A stretch of 64,000 nt of DNA, from the NCBI RefSeq assembly GCF_046105845.1, contig NZ_CP151004.1. One strand, 5' to 3'. The position numbers and the translations under genes were made by a program. This DNA comes from Escherichia coli. Lineage in GTDB: Bacteria; Pseudomonadota; Gammaproteobacteria; Enterobacterales; Enterobacteriaceae. This document shows positions 11,596 to 22,525 of the stretch, piece after piece. A model generated the notes under the pieces. The model worked only from the letters and a program-made list of their open reading frames with translations, made no database searches and was not told the origin of the DNA. Position 1 is the stretch's first letter; each line of letters starts with the position of its first letter.

Positions 11596-13509
11596 TTACT
11601 TACGACCAGCCAGCAGTTCCAGCACTTCATCCACGCTGGTGGTGTGTGCCAGACGCTCGATGACAGTCTCATCATCCAGTGCATTGGTCAGGCTGGTGAT
11701 AACCTGAATGTGCTCGTTGTTACGGGCAGCAATACCAATCACCAGACGGGCAATGTCATCTTCTTCTTCACCGAAGCGCACGCCTTCCGGGTACTGGCAG
11801 AACACGACGCCCGTTTTGAGTACGCGATCTTTCGCTTCAACCGTACCGTGTGGCACCGCGATAGACTCACCCAGATAAGTCGGGGTCAGTTTTTCACGAT
11901 CCAGCATCGCCTGAACATATTCCGGCTCAACGTAACCGCCTTTCACCAGTTGCTCACCAGCAAAACGAATCGCTTCTTCTTTGGTGGCCGCTTTGCGACC
12001 GAGGAAGATGTTCTCCGCGCCTAGCTTGAACAGGTTAGCACTGGAATCGTCAAAGCTGTCTTTCAGACTGTCTTTCACTTTTACTTCGTTTTCAGTATGG
12101 CGCTGGGCAGCAACCAGACGTTCGGTCAGGCTGGTGTACAGGCCGCTGTCGAGGAAGTTGGTCAGCGAAATATGCTGTGCCTGCGGAACCTGGCGCATAG
12201 CGCGTTCGGTCAGGTCACGGTGAGTGATGACCAGGTCCACATCTGGCGGCAGGTTGTTGATCGCGCTGTTAGTGACCGAAATCTGCGACAGACCTGCATC
12301 CTGAATTTTCTTACGCAGCACGCCTGCGCCCATCGCACTGGAACCCATACCGGCGTCACAGGCAACGATGATTTTACGTACGTGGCTCAGGTCGTTAGTC
12401 ACATCGCCCGCAGACAGCGGGGACGCACCTTTAGACTCAGCTTTCATGTCCTGCATACGACGAGTTGCTGCTTCAATATCATCTTCTTCTTTCACTTTGC
12501 TGGTTTTCAGCAGAATGGCAGAGACAACGAAGGAGACAGCCATCGCCGCACACACACCCGCGATGTTAGCGAAATAAGCACCTTTTGGTGTCATCGCCAG
12601 TACAGCAAGGATAGAACCCGGAGATGCCGGAGAAACCAGACCACCGCCCAGGATAGTCAGCGTGAACACGCCAGTCATACCGCCGAGAATAACGGCCAGA
12701 ATCAGACGTGGATTCATCAGCACATACGGGAAGTAGATTTCGTGGATACCACCCAGGAAGTGGATGATTGCCGCACCGCCCGCAGATTGTTTAGCACTGC
12801 CACGACCAAAGAACATGTACGCCAGCAGCACGCCCATACCTGGACCTGGGTTAGCTTCAATCAGGAAGAAGATGGATTTACCCAGTTCATGGGACTGCTG
12901 AATACCCAGCGGCGAGAAGATACCGTGGTTAATGGCGTTGTTGAGGAACAGGATTTTCGCCGGTTCAACAAAGATAGACGCCAGCGGCAGCATGTCATGG
13001 ACAACCATGAAGTTAACGCCCGCAGCCAGCATTTTGGACAGGGCTTCAACAATCGGGCCAATGCCGAGGAATGCCAGAATAGCGAGGATCATCCCGATGA
13101 TGCCAGCGGAGAAGTTATTCACCAGCATCTCAAAACCGGATTTGATCTTACCGTCTACCCAGCGGTCGAAGTGCTTAATGCACCAGCCGCCCAGCGGACC
13201 TGCAATCATAGAACCGAGGAACATCGGCATGTCTGCGCCGACGATAACGCCCATGGTGGTAATGGCACCGACTACGCCGCCACGTTCGCCGCCTACCAGC
13301 TTACCACCGGTATAACCGATCAGCAGCGGCAGGAGATAAGTGATCATCGGCCCGACCAGCTTCGCCAGCGTTTCGTTCGGTAACCACCCTGTTGGAATAA
13401 ATAACGCGGTGATGATACCCCACGCGATAAACGCGCCGATATTTGGCATCACCATGTTGCTGAGGAAACGACCAAAGCTTTGCACTTTGATCTTAATATC
13501 GGATGACAT
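11596..13509 (-). CDS. mtlA: PTS mannitol-specific EIICBA
   Basis: 637-aa product [33 protein letters not shown]...; IIC membrane domain followed by IIB and IIA domains. Confidence 0.95.
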   Translation of the reverse strand: MSSDIKIKVQSFGRFLSNMVMPNIGAFIAWGIITALFIPTGWLPNETLAKLVGPMITYLLPLLIGYTGGKLVGGERGGVVGAITTMGVIVGADMPMFLGSMIAGPLGGWCIKHFDRWVDGKIKSGFEMLVNNFSAGIIGMILAILAFLGIGPIVEALSKMLAAGVNFMVVHDMLPLASIFVEPAKILFLNNAINHGIFSPLGIQQSHELGKSIFFLIEANPGPGMGVLLAYMFFGRGSAKQSAGGAAIIHFLGGIHEIYFPYVLMNPRLILAVILGGMTGVFTLTILGGGLVSPASPGSILAVLAMTPKGAYFANIAGVCAAMAVSFVVSAILLKTSKVKEEDDIEAATRRMQDMKAESKGASPLSAGDVTNDLSHVRKIIVACDAGMGSSAMGAGVLRKKIQDAGLSQISVTNSAINNLPPDVDLVITHRDLTERAMRQVPQAQHISLTNFLDSGLYTSLTERLVAAQRHTENEVKVKDSLKDSFDDSSANLFKLGAENIFLGRKAATKEEAIRFAGEQLVKGGYVEPEYVQAMLDREKLTPTYLGESIAVPHGTVEAKDRVLKTGVVFCQYPEGVRFGEEEDDIARLVIGIAARNNEHIQVITSLTNALDDETVIERLAHTTSVDEVLELLAGRK

Positions 13510-13652
13510 AAAAACACCCCTTCTTATGTTTGCTGTCGCGCAGGCTGGAAGCCCGAGGTTTTTTGTTAATGTGGCGGCAGAGGTAGCCGGACCTTGTAGA
13601 TACTGCGAAATCTGGCACTGAATCGGTTAACTGTCCAGTCGACGGCCTTTTG

Positions 13653-13829
13653 TGTGATATCGGTCACATAAATATAGGGGGTAGAGAGGTAATTGACGTG
13701 ATACTCATCACAAAACGCTTGTGTAAAAAAGCAACAAGGCGGCGATTTTCGCTAAAAATGGCATTTAAATGTGAGTAATGTCACATTTTTGTTTTGTTGG
13801 TTTGTTGAATCTTTGTGATCTGAATCACA
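13653..13829. promoter_or_regulatory. mtl promoter region with several CRP-type sites
   Basis: TGTGA-N6-TCACA matches: tgtgatatcggtcaca (13653-13668), gtgatactcatcaca (13698-13712), tgtgagtaatgtcaca (13770-13785), tgtgatctgaatcaca (13814-13829). Confidence 0.7.
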
Positions 13830-14045
13830 AGATATTTTTTTACGGCGTTCACCTGATGTGATCTACAGCATGTTATGCCTTCGTCATAAAATCGTTATGT
13901 AACTAAGCAACTCATCACCTCTAAAAATTATTCTTTGGTGTTATGGCGAGAATCGCGAACCCGAATTATTGTCAAAATATCAGCCTGACTCCCTTCTGGC
14001 TGCCAGCCAAAAAACAACACCGATAAACGTGAATCCGAGGCAGAT

Positions 14046-14408
14046 ATGTTTCTAAACTATTTCGCGTTGGGAGTGCTGATCTTCGTCTTTCTGGTGATTT
14101 TTTATGGAATCATCGCGATACATGACATCCCTTATCTGATTGCCAAAAAGCGCAACCATCCCCATGCCGACGCTATTCATACGGCGGGCTGGGTGAGCCT
14201 GTTTACTCTGCATGTTATCTGGCCGTTTCTGTGGATCTGGGCGACGCTCTATCAACCGGAGCGTGGCTGGGGTATGCAGTCACATGTTGCGTCGCAGGAG
14301 AAAGCGACTGACCCGGAAATCGCCGCACTTTCTGACCGAATTTCCCGGCTGGAGCATCAACTCGCCGCCGAGAAAAAGACTGACTATTCCACGTTCCCGG
14401 AGATCTAA
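14046..14408 (+). CDS. yibI: YibI inner-membrane protein
   Basis: 120-aa ORF with hydrophobic N-terminal half; divergent from mtlA, followed at 3 bp by yibH. Confidence 0.75.
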   Translation: MFLNYFALGVLIFVFLVIFYGIIAIHDIPYLIAKKRNHPHADAIHTAGWVSLFTLHVIWPFLWIWATLYQPERGWGMQSHVASQEKATDPEIAALSDRISRLEHQLAAEKKTDYSTFPEI

Positions 14409-14410
14409 TT

Positions 14411-15547
14411 ATGGATCTATTGATCGTTTTAACTTACGTGGCGCTGGCGTGGGCGGTCTTTAAAATCTTCCGCATTCCGGTAAATCAGTGGACGCTGGCG
14501 ACGGCGGCGCTGGGAGGCGTGTTTCTGGTGAGTGGTTTGATTTTGTTGATGAACTACAATCACCCTTACACTTTTACCGCGCAAAAGGCAGTGATTGCGA
14601 TCCCTATCACGCCACAGGTGACGGGAATTGTTACTGAAGTCACCGACAAAAATAATCAGCTTATTCAAAAGGGCGAGGTGCTTTTTAAGCTCGACCCGGT
14701 TCGTTACCAGGCGCGAGTTGACAGACTTCAGGCTGACCTGATGACGGCGACGCATAATATAAAGACGCTGCGCGCGCAGCTCACTGAAGCGCAGGCCAAC
14801 ACCACCCAGGTTTCAGCGGAGCGCGACCGTCTGTTTAAAAATTATCAACGTTACCTGAAAGGCAGCCAGGCGGCGGTGAATCCGTTCTCGGAACGTGACA
14901 TCGACGATGCGCGGCAAAACTTCCTCGCGCAGGACGCGCTGGTGAAAGGCTCGGTGGCGGAGCAGGCGCAGATCCAGAGCCAGCTCGACAGTATGGTTAA
15001 CGGCGAGCAATCGCAGATTGTGAGCTTAAGAGCGCAACTTACTGAAGCAAAATATAACCTTGAGCAGACTGTCATTCGCGCACCGAGCAATGGCTACGTC
15101 ACTCAGGTACTGATCCGCCCAGGTACATACGCCGCTGCCTTGCCGCTGCGTCCGGTGATGGTCTTCATCCCCGAGCAAAAACGGCAAATTGTCGCCCAAT
15201 TTCGGCAAAACTCGCTGTTACGTCTGAAACCCGGCGATGATGCGGAAGTGGTGTTTAACGCGCTACCTGGGCAGGTGTTCCACGGTAAACTGACCAGTAT
15301 TTTACCTGTCGTGCCAGGCGGTTCGTATCAGGCGCAAGGGGTATTGCAATCATTAACGGTCGTGCCCGGCACGGACGGTGTGCTGGGAACCATTGAACTG
15401 GACCCCAACGATGATATCGATGCTTTACCTGACGGCATCTACGCCCAGGTGGCAGTTTACTCCGACCATTTCAGCCATGTTTCGGTGATGCGGAAGGTGC
15501 TGCTGAGAATGACCAGTTGGATGCATTATCTTTATTTGGATCATTGA
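14411..15547 (+). CDS. yibH: YibH, HlyD-family membrane fusion-type protein
   Basis: 378-aa ORF with N-terminal TM segment, long coiled-coil region and C-terminal beta-barrel-like region. Confidence 0.8.
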   Translation: MDLLIVLTYVALAWAVFKIFRIPVNQWTLATAALGGVFLVSGLILLMNYNHPYTFTAQKAVIAIPITPQVTGIVTEVTDKNNQLIQKGEVLFKLDPVRYQARVDRLQADLMTATHNIKTLRAQLTEAQANTTQVSAERDRLFKNYQRYLKGSQAAVNPFSERDIDDARQNFLAQDALVKGSVAEQAQIQSQLDSMVNGEQSQIVSLRAQLTEAKYNLEQTVIRAPSNGYVTQVLIRPGTYAAALPLRPVMVFIPEQKRQIVAQFRQNSLLRLKPGDDAEVVFNALPGQVFHGKLTSILPVVPGGSYQAQGVLQSLTVVPGTDGVLGTIELDPNDDIDALPDGIYAQVAVYSDHFSHVSVMRKVLLRMTSWMHYLYLDH

Positions 15548-15617
15548 GACTTATATCACCTGTGTTTTGCGTGAGCCTGAGCCATACTGATATTTTTCCT
15601 CGCACAAAGGACTCGGC

Positions 15618-16226
15618 ATGAAACTCGTCGGTAGCTACACCAGCCCGTTTGTACGCAAACTTTCTATTCTGTTGTTAGAAAAGGGTATAACTTTCGAATT
15701 TATTAATGAACTGCCCTATAACGCGGACAACGGCGTGGCGCAATTTAACCCGTTAGGGAAAGTGCCGGTGCTGGTGACCGAAGAGGGCGAATGTTGGTTT
15801 GATTCGCCGATCATCGCTGAATATATTGAATTAATGAATGTCGCTCCGGCGATGTTGCCGCGCGATCCGCTGGAGTCGTTGCGGGTGCGCAAAATTGAGG
15901 CGCTGGCGGATGGCATTATGGATGCCGGGCTGGTATCGGTGCGTGAACAGGCGCGTCCGGCGGCGCAGCAGTCTGAAGATGAATTGTTACGCCAGCGGGA
16001 GAAAATCAACCGCAGTCTGGATGTGCTGGAAGGATATCTGGTCGATGGCACACTCAAAACCGATACGGTCAATCTGGCGACTATCGCCATTGCCTGTGCC
16101 GTCGGATATCTCAATTTCCGCCGCGTTGCGCCAGGTTGGTGTGTCGACCGCCCACACTTAGTCAAACTGGTCGAAAACCTGTTTAGCCGCGAAAGTTTTG
16201 CTCGCACCGAACCGCCAAAGGCTTGA
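15618..16226 (+). CDS. yibF: glutathione S-transferase-like protein YibF
   Basis: 202-aa [34 protein letters not shown]..., GST N-terminal thioredoxin-fold signature. Confidence 0.85.
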
Positions 16227-16323
16227 TGCGCGATATGTCCTCCTGACCCATCTCACGTTACAATCCGTGGTTATGTTAAACGCCCTTCTCCGTGTGAGAG
16301 GGCCTTGATCAGCCAGGTTTCCT

Positions 16324-17715
16324 ATGACAACCGAAACGCGTTCCCTCTATAGTCAACTTCCGGCTATTGATCGCTTATTGCGCGATAGCTCCTTCCTTTC
16401 TTTGCGTGATACTTATGGCCACACCCGCGTAGTGGAATTGCTGCGTCAGATGCTTGACGAAGCGCGAGAAGTGATTCGTGACAGCCAGACGCTGCCCGCA
16501 TGGTGTGAAAACTGGGCGCAAGAAGTCGATGCCCGACTGACGAAAGAGGCGCAGAGCGCGCTGCGTCCGGTGATCAACCTGACGGGAACCGTGCTGCATA
16601 CCAATCTTGGGCGAGCTTTACAGGCAGAAGCCGCGGTGGAAGCCGTTGCGCAGGCTATGCGTTCGCCAGTGACCCTCGAGTACGATCTGGACGACGCCGG
16701 ACGCGGACATCGCGATCGGGCGCTGGCGCAGCTGCTGTGCCGCATTACGGGAGCGGAAGATGCCTGTATCGTTAATAACAATGCGGCGGCGGTGTTATTG
16801 ATGTTGGCGGCCACTGCCAGCGGGAAAGAGGTGGTGGTATCTCGCGGCGAACTGGTGGAGATTGGCGGCGCGTTTCGTATTCCTGATGTCATGCGTCAGG
16901 CAGGCTGCACCCTACACGAAGTGGGGACCACCAACCGCACGCACGCTAATGATTATCGTCAGGCGGTGAATGAAAATACCGCGCTGTTGATGAAAGTACA
17001 TACCAGTAACTACAGCATTCAGGGATTCACCAAAGCGATAGATGAAGCGGAACTGGTGGCGCTCGGCAAAGAGCTGGATGTTCCCGTAGTGACTGATTTA
17101 GGCAGTGGCTCGCTGGTTGATCTTAGCCAGTACGGTTTGCCGAAAGAGCCAATGCCGCAGGAGTTGATTGCGGCGGGCGTCAGTCTGGTGAGCTTCTCCG
17201 GCGACAAGTTGTTAGGCGGGCCGCAGGCAGGAATTATTGTTGGTAAAAAAGAGATGATCGCCCGCCTGCAAAGCCACCCGCTGAAGCGTGCATTACGCGC
17301 GGATAAAATGACCCTCGCGGCGCTGGAAGCCACGTTGCGTCTTTATTTACACCCTGAGGCGCTGAGTGAAAAATTACCGACCCTGCGTCTGCTTACCCGC
17401 AGCGCAGAGGTCATTCAAATCCAGGCACAACGTTTACAGGCCCCCCTTGCGGCACATTACGGCGCGGAGTTTGCGGTACAGGTTATGCCATGTCTTTCGC
17501 AGATTGGCAGTGGTTCGCTGCCGGTTGATCGCCTGCCGAGTGCGGCATTAACGTTTACACCCCATGATGGACGCGGTAGCCACCTTGAGTCATTAGCCGC
17601 CCGCTGGCGTGAATTGCCAGTGCCGGTGATTGGTCGTATTTATGACGGACGATTGTGGCTGGATTTACGCTGCCTAGAAGATGAGCAACGGTTTTTGGAG
17701 ATGTTGTTGAAATGA
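16324..17715 (+). CDS. selA: L-seryl-tRNA(Sec) selenium transferase
   Basis: 463-aa [24 protein letters not shown]...; stop overlaps selB start (ATGA). Confidence 0.95.
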   Translation: MTTETRSLYSQLPAIDRLLRDSSFLSLRDTYGHTRVVELLRQMLDEAREVIRDSQTLPAWCENWAQEVDARLTKEAQSALRPVINLTGTVLHTNLGRALQAEAAVEAVAQAMRSPVTLEYDLDDAGRGHRDRALAQLLCRITGAEDACIVNNNAAAVLLMLAATASGKEVVVSRGELVEIGGAFRIPDVMRQAGCTLHEVGTTNRTHANDYRQAVNENTALLMKVHTSNYSIQGFTKAIDEAELVALGKELDVPVVTDLGSGSLVDLSQYGLPKEPMPQELIAAGVSLVSFSGDKLLGGPQAGIIVGKKEMIARLQSHPLKRALRADKMTLAALEATLRLYLHPEALSEKLPTLRLLTRSAEVIQIQAQRLQAPLAAHYGAEFAVQVMPCLSQIGSGSLPVDRLPSAALTFTPHDGRGSHLESLAARWRELPVPVIGRIYDGRLWLDLRCLEDEQRFLEMLLK

Positions 17716-19556
17716 TTATTGCGACTGCCGGACACGTTGACCACGGCAAAACAACCTTATTGCAGGCGATTACTGGCGTAAATGCCGATCGTCTGCCGGA
17801 AGAAAAAAAGCGCGGCATGACTATCGATCTCGGCTATGCCTACTGGCCGCAGCCGGATGGTCGCGTGCCTGGTTTTATCGACGTACCCGGTCATGAAAAG
17901 TTTCTTTCCAACATGCTGGCGGGCGTTGGTGGTATCGATCACGCGCTGTTGGTGGTGGCGTGCGATGACGGCGTGATGGCACAGACCCGTGAGCATCTGG
18001 CGATTTTGCAGCTGACCGGTAATCCGATGCTGACAGTGGCGCTGACCAAAGCCGATCGCGTGGACGAAGCGCGTGTTGATGAGGTTGAACGCCAGGTAAA
18101 GGAGGTGCTGCGGGAATACGGTTTTGCTGAGGCAAAACTGTTTATCACCGCAGCAACCGAAGGTCGGGGAATTGATGCCCTGCGCGAGCATCTGCTTCAG
18201 TTACCAGAACGCGAACACGCCAGCCAACATAGTTTCCGCCTCGCGATCGACCGCGCATTTACCGTAAAAGGTGCCGGGCTGGTCGTCACCGGTACGGCGT
18301 TAAGCGGGGAAGTGAAGGTAGGCGATTCACTATGGCTGACTGGTGTAAATAAACCGATGCGCGTGCGTGCGCTACATGCGCAAAATCAGCCAACAGAAAC
18401 TGCCCATGCCGGGCAGCGTATCGCGCTTAACATCGCGGGTGATGCGGAAAAAGAGCAGATTAACCGTGGCGACTGGCTGCTTGCCGATGCGCCGCCGGAG
18501 CCGTTCACACGGGTGATTGTCGAGCTTCAAACCCATACACCGCTGACCCAGTGGCAGCCGCTGCATATTCACCACGCCGCCAGCCACGTCACGGGACGCG
18601 TTTCGCTGCTGGAAGATAACCTTGCCGAGCTGGTGTTCGACACGCCGCTGTGGCTGGCGGATAACGATCGCTTAGTGCTGCGCGATATCTCGGCCCGCAA
18701 CACGCTGGCGGGGGCGCGTGTGGTGATGCTTAACCCGCCGCGTCGCGGTAAACGTAAGCCGGAATATCTGCAATGGCTGGCGTCACTGGCACGGGCGCAG
18801 AGCGATGCCGATGCGTTATCTGTTCATCTGGAACGCGGCGCGGTTAACCTTGCCGATTTCGCTTGGGCACGGCAGCTCAACGGCGAAGGGATGCGCGAAC
18901 TATTGCAACAGCCTGGCTATATTCAGGCTGGTTATAGCTTGTTGAATGCGCCGGTTGCCGCCCGCTGGCAGCGGAAAATTCTCGACACATTAGCGACTTA
19001 TCATGAGCAACATCGCGATGAACCTGGTCCTGGGCGCGAACGTCTGCGACGTATGGCGTTGCCAATGGAAGATGAAGCGCTGGTACTGTTGCTGATTGAA
19101 AAGATGCGCGAAAGCGGCGACATCCTCAGTCATCACGGCTGGCTGCATCTGCCAGATCACAAAGCGGGATTCAGCGAAGAGCAGCAGGCCATCTGGCAAA
19201 AAGCAGAGCCGCTGTTTGGTGACGAGCCGTGGTGGGTGCGTGATCTGGCAAAAGAGACGGGAACCGACGAGCAGGCAATGCGCCTGACGCTACGCCAGGC
19301 GGCGCAGCAAGGAATTATTACCGCGATCGTTAAAGATCGTTATTACCGTAACGATCGGATTGTCGAGTTTGCCAATATGATCCGCGATCTCGATCAGGAG
19401 TGTGGTTCAACCTGCGCGGCGGATTTCCGCGATCGCTTAGGTGTAGGCCGAAAGCTGGCAATTCAGATTTTGGAATATTTTGACCGCATTGGCTTTACGC
19501 GGCGTCGTGGAAATGATCATTTATTGCGCGACGCATTATTATTTCCGGAAAAATAA
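17712..19556 (+). CDS. selB: selenocysteine-specific elongation factor
   Basis: 614-aa ORF with GTPase motifs [10 protein letters not shown] and DVPGH; C-terminal winged-helix extension. Confidence 0.95.
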   Translation: MIIATAGHVDHGKTTLLQAITGVNADRLPEEKKRGMTIDLGYAYWPQPDGRVPGFIDVPGHEKFLSNMLAGVGGIDHALLVVACDDGVMAQTREHLAILQLTGNPMLTVALTKADRVDEARVDEVERQVKEVLREYGFAEAKLFITAATEGRGIDALREHLLQLPEREHASQHSFRLAIDRAFTVKGAGLVVTGTALSGEVKVGDSLWLTGVNKPMRVRALHAQNQPTETAHAGQRIALNIAGDAEKEQINRGDWLLADAPPEPFTRVIVELQTHTPLTQWQPLHIHHAASHVTGRVSLLEDNLAELVFDTPLWLADNDRLVLRDISARNTLAGARVVMLNPPRRGKRKPEYLQWLASLARAQSDADALSVHLERGAVNLADFAWARQLNGEGMRELLQQPGYIQAGYSLLNAPVAARWQRKILDTLATYHEQHRDEPGPGRERLRRMALPMEDEALVLLLIEKMRESGDILSHHGWLHLPDHKAGFSEEQQAIWQKAEPLFGDEPWWVRDLAKETGTDEQAMRLTLRQAAQQGIITAIVKDRYYRNDRIVEFANMIRDLDQECGSTCAADFRDRLGVGRKLAIQILEYFDRIGFTRRRGNDHLLRDALLFPEK

Positions 19557-19614
19557 TGAGATAATTAATTAAGATTAATTAGGAAACACTCTAAAAATCT
19601 TATTAATTTTTAAA

Positions 19615-19641
19615 AAAGCACATTCGGATGTGCTTTTTTTA
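19615..19641 (+). terminator. rho-independent terminator after selB
   Basis: agcacattcggatgtgct stem-loop followed by a T7 run. Confidence 0.6.
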
Positions 19642-19734
19642 TGGCCTCTTATAAAAAGAGCAATAGCGGTCATGTTTTCAAATAAAAACACTTCGTAAGC
19701 TTCTCGCCCTTTTATACTCGTTCAGGAGTGTGTT

Positions 19735-20884
19735 ATGGCTGCTTCCACCTTTTTTTATTCCTTCCGTTAATGTCATTGGTGCAGATTCTTTTAAAGATGC
19801 GATGAATATGATGGCGGAATATGGTTTTCGCCGTACATTAATTGTGACTGATAGTGTGCTAACAAAATTAGGTATGGAGGGTGATGTACAAAAAGCATTA
19901 CAGGAACGTGATATTTTTAGCGTAATTTATGATGGTACGCATCCTAACCCGACCACAAAAAACGTCGCAGAAGCTCTTAAAATGCTGACGGAAAATAATT
20001 GCGATAGCGTGATTTCTTTAGGTGGTGGTTCCCCGCACGACTGCGCAAAAGGCATTGCGCTGGTGGCAGTTAACGGCGGCGATATTCGCGATTACGAAGG
20101 CGTGGATCGCACGGCGAAACCGCAACTACCGATGATTGCCATCAACACCACGGCGGGTACTGCATCAGAAATGACCCGTTTTTGCATTATCACCGACGAA
20201 GCACGCCACATCAAAATGGCGATTGTGGATAAACACGTCACCCCGCTGCTTTCTGTGAACGATTCGACTCTGATGATGGGTATGCCGAAGCCGTTAACCG
20301 CCGCCACCGGGTTGGACGCGCTGACTCACGCCATCGAAGCGTATATCTCTATTGCGGCAACGCCGATCACTGACGCCTGCGCGCTGAAAGCAATGACCAT
20401 GATCGCGGAAAACTTACCGATAGCGGTTGAAGATGGTCACAACGGCAAAGCGCGTGAAGCAATGTCTTACGCTCAGTTCCTCGCGGGCATGGCGTTTAAT
20501 AATGCTTCACTGGGATACGTACACGCGATGGCGTATCAGTTGGGTGGCTTCTATGACCTGCCGCACGGCGTTTGTAATGCCATTCTGCTGCCGCACGTTC
20601 AGTTATATAACAGCAAAGTTGCCGCCGCACGCTTTGACTGCGCGGCGGCTATGGGCGTGAATGTCACAGGCAAAAACGACGCGGAAGATGCGCAAGCCTG
20701 CATTAAAGCGATTCGCGAACTGGCGAAGACAGTGAATATCCCGGCAGGCCTGCGCGATCTGAATGTGAAAGAAGAAGATTTTGCGGTGCTGACCACCAAT
20801 GCCCTGAAAGATGCGTGTGGATTCACTAACCTTATTCAGGCAACCCATGAAGAAATTGTGGCGATATATCGCGCCGCAATGTAG
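19735..20884 (+). pseudogene. iron-containing alcohol dehydrogenase (YiaY/FucO family) paralog with an apparent +1 frameshift after codon 7
   Basis: ATG at 19735 with RBS aggag reads [15 protein letters not shown]; removing one T from the 7-T run restores [18 protein letters not shown]...; rest of ORF 19730..20884 is a full-length Fe-ADH (GGGSPHD motif, His-rich metal site). Confidence 0.6.
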
Positions 20885-21244
20885 TTCTCTTCCCGCAACG
20901 GCTGGCGCGTTGTCAGCCGTTTTGCTGAAGATATTACTGTATTTATGATATGGATATCAGACTATTAAAATATATTCAGACCTGTTTTGGAATATCTCAA
21001 TAATATTCGTTTCATTTGCGGTCGGGGGAAGAATTACCTACTATTCGCTGAGCGTTAAGGCCTGCTAATTGATCAACTTATGATCAATCAATATGGAAAA
21101 GTTATTGTTAAATAAATAACATATCGCACGCTGAATACGTCATGAATTTTTTTCAAGAAATATGTTATTAATAGTAAAGATGATCAAATTTATAAGCTTT
21201 TTTTATCTGTAAGCTGCGCCCCTTTTTCATATGGAGATAAAAAC

Positions 21245-22396
21245 ATGGCAGCTTCAACCTTTTTCATTCCCTCTGTGAATGTAATTGGCGCGGATTCATT
21301 AAAAGATGCAATGAATATGATGGCGGATTATGGTCTGCGTCGTACATTAATTGTGACAGGCCGTGTAATGGGCAAGAGCAGCGTGTTGGTGCAACTCCAA
21401 CAAGCCTTGCAGGAACGCAATATCGTAAGCGTTGTTTATAATGGCTCCCAACCGAACCCAACGACGAAAAACGTGGCTGCGGGTTTAAAAATATTGCAGG
21501 AAAATAATTGTGATAGCGTTATCTCCTTAGGCGGCGGTTCTCCACATGACTGTGCAAAAGGGATTGCGCTGGTGGCAACCAACGGCGGCGATATCCGGGA
21601 TTACGAGGGCGTAGACCGCTCGGCGAAACCGCAATTGCCAATGATTGCCATCAACACCACGGCGGGTACGGCGTCTGAAATGACCCGTTTCTGCATCATT
21701 ACCGATGAAACGCGCCACATCAAAATGGCAATTGTGGATAAACACGTCACCCCAATTCTTTCTGTTAATGATTCTACGTTAATGATGGGGATGCCGGAGT
21801 CACTGACCGCCGCCACTGGGATGGACGCATTAACCCATGCCATCGAAGCATATGTCTCTATTGCGGCAACGCCGATCACTGATGCTTGTGCATTGAAAGC
21901 GGTCACCATGATTGCTGAAAACCTGCCGCTGGCAGTAGCAGACGGAAGCAATGCCCAGGCGCGTGAAGCTATGGCTTACGCCCAGTTCCTCGCGGGTATG
22001 GCGTTCAACAACGCATCGCTGGGTTACGTTCATGCAATGGCGCACCAGTTAGGTGGTTTTTACAACCTGCCTCACGGGGTGTGTAATGCTGTTTTGCTGC
22101 CGCATGTTCAGGAGTTCAACAGCAAAGTTGCCGCTGCACGCCTGCGTGACTGCGCGGCGGCAATGGGTGTGAATGTAATGACAATGAACGAAGCTGAAGG
22201 TGCGCAAGCTTGCATTAATGCCATTCGCGAGCTGTCGAAGAAAGTGAATATCCCGGCAGGCCTGCATGAACTGGATGTTAAAGAAGAAGATATTCCGGTA
22301 CTGGCCACCAATGCCCTGAAAGACGCATGTGGGTTTACAAACCCAATTCAGGCAACCCACGAAGAAATTATGGCGATTTATCGCGCCGCAATGTAA
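21245..22396 (+). CDS. yiaY: iron-containing alcohol dehydrogenase (YiaY family), intact, 383 aa
   Basis: [26 protein letters not shown]...; Fe-ADH motifs; length matches what I recall for K-12 YiaY; which of the two copies is the true ortholog is uncertain. Confidence 0.8.
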   Translation: MAASTFFIPSVNVIGADSLKDAMNMMADYGLRRTLIVTGRVMGKSSVLVQLQQALQERNIVSVVYNGSQPNPTTKNVAAGLKILQENNCDSVISLGGGSPHDCAKGIALVATNGGDIRDYEGVDRSAKPQLPMIAINTTAGTASEMTRFCIITDETRHIKMAIVDKHVTPILSVNDSTLMMGMPESLTAATGMDALTHAIEAYVSIAATPITDACALKAVTMIAENLPLAVADGSNAQAREAMAYAQFLAGMAFNNASLGYVHAMAHQLGGFYNLPHGVCNAVLLPHVQEFNSKVAAARLRDCAAAMGVNVMTMNEAEGAQACINAIRELSKKVNIPAGLHELDVKEEDIPVLATNALKDACGFTNPIQATHEEIMAIYRAAM

Positions 22397-22410
22397 TTAC
22401 CCTTCCTCCA

Positions 22411-22440
22411 GCGGCTGGCGTTTTGTCAGCCGTTTTTTTA
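22411..22440 (+). terminator. terminator hairpin after the second alcohol dehydrogenase gene
   Basis: cggctggcgttttgtcagccg followed by a T run; a related hairpin follows the first copy at about 20893-20915. Confidence 0.5.
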
Positions 22441-22521
22441 ACTATCTCAAAATTCGCGTTTTTTGAGATAGTTTCTCTTTCCTGCTATACACTATCTCAA
22501 TATTACGCTTTTTTGAGATAG
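22441..22521. promoter_or_regulatory. two copies of a 31-bp palindromic element upstream of the fic gene (candidate operators)
   Basis: actatctcaaaattcgcgttttttgagatag (22441-22471) and actatctcaatattacgcttttttgagatag (22491-22521); each is an inverted repeat tatctcaa...ttgagata; 50-bp spacing; ends 5 bp before the fic start. Confidence 0.6.
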
Positions 22522-22525
22522 GCAA

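Noticed and set aside
10353-11684. Long 5-prime-extended ORF starts for mtlD (443 aa), and similarly for xylG, xylF, xylA, aldB, yiaL, yiaF, avtA, ghrB, sgbU and the GH127 gene
   Set aside because: The extensions overlap upstream genes or lack RBS support; internal starts give the conserved N-termini and expected lengths.
12097-13383. 428-aa plus-strand ORF
   Set aside because: Entirely antisense to mtlA, whose product is unambiguous; the translation is Arg/His-rich with no recognisable domain.
19730-19732. GTG at 19730 as a rescuing start for the frameshifted alcohol dehydrogenase
   Set aside because: It lies only 1 nt after the aggag RBS, which fits the ATG at 19735 instead; kept as a possibility in the finding.
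21067-21092. FNR-like palindrome aattgatcaacttatgatcaatcaat upstream of the second alcohol dehydrogenase gene
   Set aside because: Half-site spacing does not fit TTGAT-N4-ATCAA cleanly; could be a weak or different regulator site, not confident enough to annotate.
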